From assembly GCA_001949185.1 (NCBI GenBank), contig BDGG01000001.1, forward strand, positions 6,671,591-6,735,590: a DNA stretch of 64,000 bases, given 5' to 3'. Origin of the DNA: Ramazzottius varieornatus (lineage: Eukaryota; Animalia; Tardigrada). Position numbers and translations under genes: made by a program. Positions 36,301 to 48,300 of this stretch are shown here, piece after piece; within the stretch, counting starts at the first letter, position 1, and every line of letters begins with the position of its first letter. The notes beneath the pieces were generated by a model, which had not been told where the DNA came from, did no database searches, and worked only from the letters and a program-made list of their open reading frames with translations.

Positions 36301-39300
36301 GGCCCCGATGTGGGCGTCGTGGGTCAAGACATGGACTTTGCCGTGGATACCTCCCGTGCCGGCCCCGGAGAGGCCACCGTCGAGATCTTCTACCAAGGCC
36401 GCCCCGTCCCGGCCAAGATCGACACGCTGGGCAATGGCATGTACAAAGTCACCTTCACACCCCGCGGACCCGGCATCTACACCATCCATGTCTACTTTAA
36501 CGGCCTGGAGGTCCGAGGTATGTTGGCATGGCTAGCGCACAGCTGGACAAAGTATGCGGAAGCTGGGTGATATGAGCCAGGTTGAGGAATTTTTGGTCAG
36601 AGTCAAAGGTGATTGTAGTGCTTACATCACGCCAATATTGAATTAGAGGGAAATTCACTGTGTGAACTAGCTGACAAGCTGTTTTGTCAACACCATCTTT
36701 GTCCATCAGCGCATTCTCGGCTGTTTTCATGCTTTCGCAAAAATGTTTTTGGGGCAGAAAGTTTTTTTAATAACCGTTCGAGGATTTCTTTAGCAGGCAT
36801 GTCCGGATTACATCGCTTCAAGGTTGCTTGTTTTTTGACTGAGTTCCCGAACTATCTGTTCCTTCTTCAGAATATCCTCGTCGACGTGAATGTCACATTT
36901 TTGTACAATGTTTTCACTGTTATGTTTCCTAATGTTTCCGCATTCTCGTAGGATCTCCCTTCACGATTGAGATCTTCGATACGAGTACAGTCTCAGCCAG
37001 CGGCGAAGGCCTCAAACTGGTTCCAGTGAACAAGCCAGCCTACTTCGCCATCAATACCAAAGGTGCCACCAGTAAAGATCTCCAAGTTAGCGTTATCGGT
37101 CCCTCAGGCCGCCCATTACCCGTTCGCATCCTCGAAGAACGACCCAATGCCTACAAGGCCGAGTACACGCCGCAAGAAGTCGGCGAACACTCGATCGACA
37201 TTGCCTTCTTCGATAAGGCCATTCGTGGTAGTCCCTTCAAGTGTTACGCATACGATGCCCGACAAATCCGGGTGGGACCCATACCCAATGGCTTCGTGGG
37301 CAAACCGGTTGAGTTTGAAAGTAAGTCGACATCGATAGTTGACGTTTTGGCTTACTGGCCATACCACCATTTTTCGTCACCCGGTCGCAAAATGTGGGTC
37401 AAATGCTATGCTTCTACCGTGCTGATTGTCATGCAGTACGATGAAAAGTCATTCTTTTACATGTTCGTTGAAGTGCTGAAACCATGGCTCTAGAGGCTGT
37501 TTTTCAACGGGACGTAACCAGGGTCTTTTTTCGCCGGTTTCATCTTGATTGATGATGGTCTTTGCTTGTAGTTGACGGGTCACAAGCCGGTAGTGGTAAC
37601 CTGGAGATTCTAGTCAACGGGGGTCGAGTGGTCAGCCATGTAAAGTCGCTGGGTAATCAGCGCTTCCTGGCCAGCTTCACACCGATGGATGCCATGACGC
37701 ACGTCGTCGAGATGCGTTTCAACGGTGACGTTGTACCCGGAAGTCCGTGGAACGTTGAAATCTGGGACCCCAGAAACGTCACAGCCAGAGATATTCCCAA
37801 GTACTTTCAGGTCGGAAGGCCGGTGACGTTCGGCATCGACGCCAGCAGTGTCGGCCCCGGCGACGTTCGAGTGGAAATCAAATGTATGACTAGCTCAAGC
37901 TCAAGTTCGACCTACACCCAGTCGTATTCCCATTCCTCCCAGCATGGTGTGTCACCCCTTTTAGCCTTAAAAAGAAACAACAAATCCATATATCAAGATT
38001 TCAAAATCGTTCCTAATAATCCTATTAACATATGAATCTCGACGGAATTTTTCAGAGGTGAATTCGAGGAATCTTTGTACCTCATTTGGTGAAGCCTGTA
38101 TTTTGCTGTGGTTTATAGTCGTGAGATATTGTGCTCGGTTCGTTTTCATGTATCAGAATAATATTCTCTCGTGTTTTGCAGCTCCATCGGGAAGGACCGT
38201 TCGGTCGCATGTCAGCGAAGTCCGCACTGGTGTTTACAAGTGCGAGTTTACCTCCAGCGAAGTCGGTAAGTTATCGCTCTAAAATCAAAGTCTTGCTCTG
38301 AGCACCATCAAGTCTTCTCTCCATCATATTTCTGTCAGGACAAAACATTCAATTTTGTCGTGGGGGATTATGGGTTTGCACTCATAGATCGAAATCGAAA
38401 TGGATGTGTCAGAGACGCACAAGAGAGAGATTAATATTCGACGACGTCCGTTGCTCACTTGAATCACCTCTTTCTCTGTCAGCATCCATTCACCCCACAA
38501 CTAATTCATCACAAAATTCTTGGCTCATATTTTCAATTCGAAAATATTAATCTCTTGATGGTTAAAGGTACTCACACCATTGACATCTCCTACGCTGACC
38601 ACAGCATAACCGGTTCGCCCTTCATCAGCAAAGGCTTTGATGCCAGCAAAATTAAAATCTCCAAGATATCAAATGCCATCGTCGGCTTACCTGTCCAGTT
38701 TCAAGGTAAATCACTATAACCCTGCCTGCATAATCGATTATGAAAGTGCTCTGATCATATTTCTTTGTGTAGTCGATGCCTCGCAGGCCGGAGAAGGCCA
38801 GCTAGAGATATCCATCAACGATGGCCGCGTACCCAACAAAGTGGACGTGCTGGGTGGGGGCAAGTGCCTGGTCACCTTCACCCCCATGACCGCTACATCC
38901 CACTGGATCGATGTCAAGTTCAATGGGGAACAAGTGCCCGAGTGCCCCGTCGAGTGCAAGGTCTTTGACCTGGGACGCATTTCCGCCTCCGGCAAAGGCC
39001 TGGAACGCGTGATGGTCGGCAGACCTGAACGCTTCCAGGTGGATACGGCTGGCGCTGGAGAAGCCGTCTTCAAAGTCGACATCACGTGTAAGAAAGGGAC
39101 TGTAGCCTTCGATGAAGTAAAATGGATAAGTTTTGAGAAGACATGCTGAGGAAACTGATGAAAAAGAAGATAGAATAAAGTTTGACATGAGCGAGTTTGT
39201 TGGAGTACCATGCTAATTCACGCCGCGTTCTTCATATCAACTCGCGCACTGCTGTATGTTTGCCGTTTGAGCGCGAGTTCATTGGGGTACCACGCTGATC

Positions 39301-42300
39301 TGTATGGGGTGCCCGCATGAAATCGCGCACGCTTCTGCAATTGCCATTTCAACATGCGCATTTTGCTAGGAGGTGTGAAATCTCAATTTTTGCAGCTCCG
39401 TCTAACCGCCCTGTGAGGAGTAACGTCGCCGAGACTCGTTCGGGTTACGACGTGGAATGGACAGCCCAAGAAGTTGGAATCCACGAAGTGAACCTGGAGT
39501 ACGCCGAGCAAGTCGTCGGGGACTCGCCATACGCCGTTAGTGCCTTCGATCCTACCAAAGTCAAGGTTTCCGAGATCCCGATGGGCTTCGTGGGCAAGCC
39601 AGTCATCTTCACCATCGACGCAAAGGAAGCCGGTGAAGGTAGCGTTGAAATTGTGGTGACGGAGCACGGTGGCCGACAGGTGGCCACACGCGTGGAAGAA
39701 GTCGGCCAGTCCAAATACCAGATCAGCTTCGTGCCGCAGTCCGCTGTCCACCATCGCATCGATATCACGTTCAACAAGGAACCGGTACCGGGAACACCGT
39801 TCGGTACTGATGTTATGGACGCTTCCAAGGTAGACCCCTATTCTGTCCACTAGAGGTTAACCTTATGCTCATGAAAACACCCGTAAAAAAGTGTCGAAAA
39901 GTTCTGCTGCAGAAAATGCTGATTTGGCTGATTCACTAAGCTTGAGAGATGTTTTAGTCCAGAGAAAACAGAAAGTCGGACCGCGAACGAGACGGCGAAT
40001 TCCCTTATTATTTTCTCTAATCAATTGTAGGTGCAAGTAGTGGGCGAAGGTCTGAGGATTGCTCAAGTCCAGCAGGTGGCGACCTTCCAGATCCTGGCGA
40101 AAGGTGCGGGGAATGAGAAAGTTGAGGTGCTTATCGAGGGACCGGATGGACGAAAGGTCCAGCCGAGGATACTGGATAACCGTGACCAAACCTACAGCGT
40201 GGAATATGTTGCTCAAATGGCCGGTAAGCACCACTCTTCCCACCCGTCAGGACTTTTTCTCGTTGGTTCAAAGTACATGTAATATTTGTTTTGCGACTCG
40301 ACAGGTGACCACCGTATCACCATCACGTATGGTGGCATGAAAGTCGGGTCGTCGCCATACATCGCCAAGGCTTTCGATGTGAATGCCATCAAAGTGGGAG
40401 AGATACCAGACGGCATCGTCAACAAGCCCGTTACATTCACAGGTAAAAATATTGTAAAGAAGGGCTCTATTCAGCAAGGGGTCAAACGTACCGCGAATGT
40501 ATAGATATCGTTGCAAGAAGTGAACTGGACAAAGAGTGAAAATATGGGATCTTGGTCAGCAAGCTCGACGAATTGTTTTTCACCCAAGTGGCGCACGCGT
40601 CGACCCGATAGCAGCGGTAACGTGCGTCACTTGGGATTATAGCCAGACTCGGCAACTGAACTCCCTTGACAGCTTTTTATTGACACGATAGATCACTAGT
40701 ATTATATGGTTCCATCTTCCTGCAGTGGATGCAAGTCGTGCCGGTACCGGCGACTTGGAAGTAGCCGTCCAGAACGGTCGAGTGCCCACGACCGCCGAGT
40801 CTTTAGGCAACGCCAAGTACGCCATCACCTTCACACCCCGCATCCCCGAAGACCACCTCATCGATATCAAGTTCAACGGTATCACGGTACCCGGCGGTCC
40901 TTTCCGTTGCCACGTCATCGACGCCAGTCGTGTCCAGGCCACCGGGGAAGGTCTTGACAAAGTCCCAGTCAATAAGCCCACCTTCTTCACCATCGATCCA
41001 CGGGGCGCTGGAGCCGCGGAATGTGAGGTGGTCATCACGTCACCTAGTGGTAGGAAAGTGCCGGTCAGGATTACAGGGTCGGCGACCACTACTTTCAGGG
41101 CAGAGTACACACCGACGGAAGTGGGAGACCATAACATCGAGGTGATGTATGCTGGACAGGAGATAAGCGGAAGCCCGTTTACCTGCCGCGTGTATGACCC
41201 GGATAGGGTGGTCGTCACCCAGACCAAGACTGGCTTCGTCGGCAAACCCGTCAGCTTTCACGGTAATTCGTGCTGCTCTTTTGAATAGATCAACATTGAA
41301 ATTAGCGCTGAAACTTTATTGCTGACAAATGAGCTTCCTAACGGTAACGGACGCTATAAAATATCGTAGAAAGTCACCAAAATTTGGCTCCTACCTAGCT
41401 CTGTGTGCTGCGGTACGAACATAATCCCGACTCCGAATTTAGGGATATTTGTATTGATACTTGAGAAAATAATTGAGCCTGCAAAAATTATGTTTCCTGG
41501 AATCTGATACGACTTCCGGGTTGCTTATGGGACCCCCGCAACTATGATCAATCGAGCTTCTGAACTGCATTTGTTTTCTTTCTCAGTGGACGCAAGTCTG
41601 GCCGGTGCCGGGCATCTAGAGATTGTCATCAGCGCCAACGGGAGGAACGTGCCGAATTTTGTCCAGTCGGAAGGCAACGCCAAATTCAAAGTCAGCTTTA
41701 CGCCGCAGGAAGCGGTGCCGCACCAGATCCGCGTCCGATTCAACAACCATGTCGTGCCGGGTAAGTGGCCATCATCTGGCCATTGCAACGTCCGTTGAAG
41801 CTGTCACAGTTGTTCACCGACGTTTCTTTTTCACACAGGTACGCCGTACGATTGCGACATCATCGATGGAAGTCGCTGTACGGCCACCGGCGACGGTCTC
41901 CGCTCGGTACCCGTCAACAAGCCCGCACTTTTCACCGTGGACCCTAATGGCGCTGGAACAGCTGAACTGGCCATCACTATAACTGGTAAGTCGCAAAAGC
42001 GCACCATGAAACACCGTAGATGACATCAAAGTCCAGAGCAAAAATTTAAACAGCTGTCTATTGATAACTTCAGCAACCAAACGTAGAAAATCTCCATTCT
42101 GTCCTGAGGACTGAATTTTCGGTTACATGGGTAGCTGAAATAGAAACCATAGTTTTAGCCGGATGGTTCAATGATAGATTACTTCGATTTCTACCTGAAG
42201 TCTCCCTCAACGAAGTTTTTGGTACTGCGTTCTTTTGAAGGTTCAAGGCGGTTGAATTTTGAAGAAAGAGCTTCGGTTTGGGTCTTGTTGAGCCTCACAT

Positions 42301-45300
42301 GACGAGAAACGCGATGAGGGGAAGGTTTTGTGGTCCTTGGCAGTGAAATCAGCGAGGGCCTTTGAAGCGTGGAGGTAGAGTATTGAGGCGATTATGAGGG
42401 TAATTTGAGACTAAACGCAATCGAAGCGAATTCAATCTTCACAAAACGGCAACAATGAAAATGGTAAAGCGGCTTTACGATAGGGCTAAGTCTCCCCGAT
42501 CAGAGTGTAAGCTTACTCCGCCCAGGTTTAGTGTCTGACGTTGGACTGTTTTGCATGATGAGAAGGCCGTGTGTGCTGGTGCTACAGTTGTGCGAAAGTT
42601 AGAGTACAAAGTCTGGCTCCGGTAATATACAAAGTGCACATAGTAAAGTAGTCGAGTCGGCACTTTTTCCCCATTGTGGCTGTTTGTTGTGGCAGGGTCG
42701 TTAAAATATTAGCCCGACTATTCTCTTCTTTGCCTTCGCCATGGCGTCATCGGCATCGATGAAGTTATTCGTCGCTGATGTCTTTCGCAAGTTCACCTCC
42801 GCTAAACGTGATCGCTGTTCTTCGACTTATGAAGCCGGAAGTCGCTGTAGTGATTTTGAGGAATACGAGCAGGATTATACGTTACATGATATTGAGGATA
42901 TTCTGAACGATTCTGATATGGCGACGGCGACTGCGCGAGTTCATTCGAACTCGTTTCGGAGGATGGAGGTCAATGAGAGTCTGGCGCATCCGAGGAGACA
43001 CCAGAGGAACCCAAAGCTCAAAGGAAGGCATGACTTGAGTTCGGGTTTTGAGGAGATTAGCCTGAGTAGCGAATCGGAGAGGTCGTACGTTGATCGGGGA
43101 ACTCACTCTTCCTCAAAGTCCAGCGGTGTGGTCTCGCATCGGTCAGTGTCCAGTGGCTTCCAGGAAGAGGATCTGTTTCCTTCACAAGCTGCTACTGGAG
43201 CAATTATCTGGTGCGAAGTGGACACACATGGCCAAAATGTGGGACCGGTGTCGGTTCGGGTTCGACGTAAGGCTTCTTTCGCGCATAAAAACGCGTAGCA
43301 CTTTTCTGTCTTGCGAATTGCAACACTTCTTGTTTTCTGACATGTCCGATCTCTTGGGCAAAAAATGTTTTACTTTGAGTTTTCCCGAAACAGTGGCCTT
43401 AGAAGAATAATCGTAGAAAATTATCGAAACAGCCTTAAATAACGGCGTTAGAAAAAACAATTATCGAAAATGATCTAAAATCATCTAAAATTATCGAAAA
43501 TTATCGACACGTCATTTCCTTAATGGAAAAGTGCGTGATTCGTTTCTCAGATAATTATGTTTGAGTTTGAGTTATGATGAGAAAAATTCCGATGACATTT
43601 TTGACTTACTTATTGTGTTGGGGATCTTTGGACTGTTTCGTTGACAGTTACGCTTCGCTCACTGACTTGCGTCCAAGCAGTGAGGAACTCACTCGCGCAC
43701 AACTTTGTGGTACGCTAGACAGACCGCGATTTGCGCGAGAAAGCTTTTTCCCTTGTGGTACTGATCTCGTTGCCTAATTTTCATTCTCATTCGATCGTTC
43801 ACAGCCAATTACAATTACGATCAGATTTTTTCTTCGCAGCACAGTTAACAAGCGCTGGTTCGAAATGAACTGAGCCACCTAATTTTCTCCGCTTGATTGA
43901 GCCCATCGAGGGAAAGCTACCGCACAATATGTAGCTTTCAATTACTAAAAACAAGCTGCTCTCATGTAGGAGCTTTCGGAAAACTTCACTTCGAGAAATT
44001 ACACTAGCGCATTTCGATCAACAAAACAAAGCGGGGAAAACAGACAGAATATGCCTTTGTAGTCTCCAGCTTCACTGTTGATTTAGCACATCTCGGCATC
44101 AGAAACTCTGTGTCATTTACAATACTTTCCTGTCTTTTTTTCTTCAGTATTTGTCTAGAGAGAATCGTTTTCTTATTAATTTCGGTTTATATCTTTTAGC
44201 GCCGTCCGGGAAGACCGTGCCAGTTCACGTGAGCGGTTCAGCAGCCACCAAGTTCCGTGCCGAGTACATCCCCACCGAAGTGGGCCCGCACACCATTACC
44301 GTGCAGTATGCGGAAACGCCCATTTCAGGAAGTCCTTTCACCTGCAACGTTTACGATGCCTCACGCATACGCGTCACCGACATTGGGCCCGGCATTGTTG
44401 GGCGACCTGTCAAATTTCAAGGTCCGCTTTGTTTTGGGTTTACTTAGCCTTTGGCCATGCTTGACTACCCTCTCATAATTCTCCTCTACGCTAAGTCAAC
44501 ATGAGGGTACTCTTCTGATGATTGGTTGTGCTTTACAGTGGACGCTAGTCAAGCTGGAGAAGGCAAACTTGACATTAGTGTTACTTCCGGTGGCGCTATC
44601 GTCCATGCTGAAATTACCCAGATTAGCCGCGGCGGAAAATATGAAGTTTCTTTCATACCAAGGGATGTTAATCCACATTTTGTCGATATCCAGTTTAACG
44701 ATACCCAAGTCGACGGTAAGGAAAGAAAATTCACGTTTTCAAAAATTCAACGTTCCAACTCAAGTTGTAATAGGTTATCTTAAGTGGCGCACGCTTCCAG
44801 CTAGTAACAATGAAAAGGTGCAGCACTTGGGATAACGATACTGTACGCATCTTTTACCGACCTTCCAAATATTACTCAGACTTGTTTTCTTATTATTTTC
44901 AATTGACTACCGCGGTAGTGTTGTACCCTACTATTAGTTTTCGACTTTACTACGATAACTTTACGTAGGATTTTCATTCTGCTTTACGATCATATGACTC
45001 GTTGATGACTTCCGGAATTTTTAATGATTAATGTGGACATTTCAGGTGCGCCCTTCCGGTGTGAGATTATTGACGGGAGCCGTAGTTTGGCCGAAGGCGA
45101 TGGACTGAAACGGGCTTGTGTGGGCGAGACCGCTTGGTTCGAGATCGATCCACGTGGTCCGCCGATCGCCGAAGCCGAAGTCAGCATCAGCTCGCCATCG
45201 GGAACCCGAGTTTCCACGACGGGCCGGAAGACCTCCCGGGGTACTTTCAGGTTCGAGTATGTCCCGACAGAAGTGGGACCACATAAGATCGCCTGCAAGT

Positions 45301-48300
45301 ACGCCGAGACGGCGCTCAACGGTAGTCCCTTCACATGCCAGGTAAGAGTCTGTCTTTCAGATGGGACAAAGCTACACAAATTTTACAAGGTCGTTCAGCC
45401 AATAACACTGGAAATATGCACCACTTGCGAAAGCAATCAGACTGGACAAGATGGTTTTTCCCGAATGGCGCACTCTCTCAGCTTATAACACACAGCATGT
45501 ACGCCACTTGGAAAGACAATCTTGTCGATTTTGATTGCCGACCTCCTCAAAATACTCGGTTAGTAACTCTGGTTGTTTCAGGTGTATGATCCAAGAGCTG
45601 TGAGGGTGGGTGAGCTGCATGATGGATACGTCAACAAAGAATACACGTTCCAAGTGGATACATCGATGGCTGGCCAAGGCGACGTCGAAGTGGAGATTGA
45701 TGCCGGTGGAAGACAGATCAAGCCGGTCGTCAGGAAAGGGAGAGATGGACTGTGTGATGTCAGTTTCACGCCACGGGAAGCTGGACCACATGGCATTACT
45801 GTAAGCATTTCACGTGCACGGCTGATTGTTATGAACAACGTTGACAGTAGTTCAGCGTTGGACAGTACGGTATTGAGTTTCGGTTGCGACGATGGATGAA
45901 AAGTTGAGAAAAAGGCCAATACGCGCGTTGCACATGTGAGACCGGGCTGCAATTTTCAAGTGAAACCAAAACCGAAAGTTCAAGCTCACAAGCCAGACTG
46001 AACTGACACGATCAGCTTTTTGTGGTCTAGGTGTACATCAGATATTAGCGTGTGTGACAGCCATCTTCCCTAATGGCCACTCTAGTACATGTTCCCCTGT
46101 TGTTTTTAGGTTAAATTCTCCAACCGTGTGGTTCCGGGTTCGCCTTTCAAAATGACCGTCCACGACCCCAGCAAGGTAACCGCCAGCGGCGACGGACTCA
46201 AACGCGCCTGCGTCGGTGAAGTGGCATGGTTCGAGATTGACCCACACGGACCGGCCACCGCCGAAGCCGACGTCAAGATTACTTCCCCCTCAGGTACTCG
46301 TGTCGCCACCAACATCTCCCGTACCAGCCGCGGCATCTTCCGTGTCGAGTTCACACCCTCGGAAGTCGGTCCCCACAAGATTGCCTGCAAGTACGCCGAC
46401 ACGCCACTGACCGGCAGTCCTTTCATCTGCGAGGCTTATGACCCGCGGCAAGTCAATGTGAAGGACATTCACGATGGCTTTGTGGGCAAAGAGTCCGTCT
46501 TCCGCATTGATGCCACCATGGCCGGGCTAGGTGATGTTCAAGTCGAGATTGAACATCAAGGTAGAATGGTGAAAGCGACGATGAAGGAAACTGCCAAGGG
46601 GATGTATGAAGCGTCGTTCACCCCTAGAGACGCTGGTCCGCATGGAATTACGGTAACACCATTGGTCTGCTTAGAAATCACTACTTCATTTTGGAATGCC
46701 GAAGTTTGGAATATTGCGTCGTTTGATCTGGGTACTGTTTCGTTTACTTTGTCCTAACGCGCAGTTGTGGCTGCTCATTCCACGGTAGACTGCGTAGCCA
46801 AAACTGGAAACAGTTACATTGCCCCGATTAAGTGGCGCACTTATGTGAAGGACAGTTAGTGATCTCTTTTTCTTCTTTTCTAGGTGAAGTTCCTGAACCA
46901 TGTGGTGCCAGGTAGTCCTTTTAGGATGCAGGTCCACGATCCCAGCCAGTTCCGCGTGACTGGTGACGGTCTGACTCGAGCCTGCGTCGGCGAAACAGCC
47001 TGGTTTGAGATCGATCCTCGTGGAGCCGCTGGTGCGAACGCCGAGGTCGGAGTCAAGATCACTTCACCGTCGGGAGGCAAAGTCAACCCTGTAATCACCA
47101 GGACTTCTCGTGGTCTCATCCGCGTCGAGTACGTCCCGTCAGAAGTCGGCCCTCATCGCATTTCCGTCAAGTATGCCGGCACGGCCTTGACGGGCAGTCC
47201 CTTCACCTGTGAAGTGTATGATCCACGCAAAGTCCGGGTGGAGGATCTGCATGATGGATACGTCGGCAAAGAAAACACCTTCAAGGTACGCAAAAATGGG
47301 ACCAGTAAACCATTTGACCAAACCTATTGCAGCAAAAGCCACAAATGCGAACTGATAACTGTATGTAGGTTGATGCCTCGCAAGCTGGTCTGGGGGAGAT
47401 CACTGTCGACATCTCCAGCGGTCGTCGTGACGTTCCCTGCAATCTGCGCAAGACGTCCACACCCGGTGTCATCGAAGTGTCCTTTACGCCGCGGGACGCC
47501 GGTCCACACGAAATCAACGTCAAGTTCGTCAACAAAGTCGTCCCCAACAGTCCCTTCCACATCAACGTCCACGATGCCAGTCTGATCCGCGTGACGGGTG
47601 ACGGTCTCAAACGAGCTAAGGTGGGCGAGAAGGCTTGGCTTAACGTCGAGATGAAGGGTGGTGTCCCGCTGGACGCCAACGATTTGGAGGTTGAAGTGAG
47701 CGCGCCCAATGGAGCGAAGTTACCGGTGAAGCTGAGCCAGCAAGGCAAGAGTGGCGCGGTGAGGGGCGAGTTCGTGCCGAAAGTGGTGGGTCCTCACCGT
47801 GTGGAAGTTACATTTGTGGGTAGTCCGATCAGCGGAAGCCCGTGGACTTGTGAAGTGTATGATCCTAGCATGATCAAGATCAAAGACTTCCCGGAGAATG
47901 TTTACGTTGGGGAAACCAACGCATTCGAAGGTACGTAGAAAATCGTAGAAAAAGGCCAAGTCGATTAAGAAGACGCCGTTCGCAGAGACATGCGAACTCA
48001 ACTTCAAGACGCTTTGCATGTTCGGAAATGCTTCTGAATTACCTTTTACACATCATTTTTGATTTTGGTGATTTGCCCTCTGTGTTTTTCTTACATGGGA
48101 AGGCGGGTAAGCGAAACGTCCACGATCTTTATCATTAGTGGCGCATGCTTCTAGCCAGTAACAACTGAAAGTGACAATTTACGTTTCGTTTGCTGGCCTC
48201 GTATTTCTTTCTCACTTTGTCTAATTTTTGCTTTTTGTTTTGTAGTGGTTAGCAAGGATGCCGGTAACGCCGAACTGACAGTCAAGCTTTTCGGCCCATC

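Noticed and set aside
40637-41245. Long antisense ORFs over filamin exons (also 38738-39211, 39383-39850, 47281-47748)
   Set aside because: They are shadows of codon bias in the real plus-strand exons and show no independent motifs.
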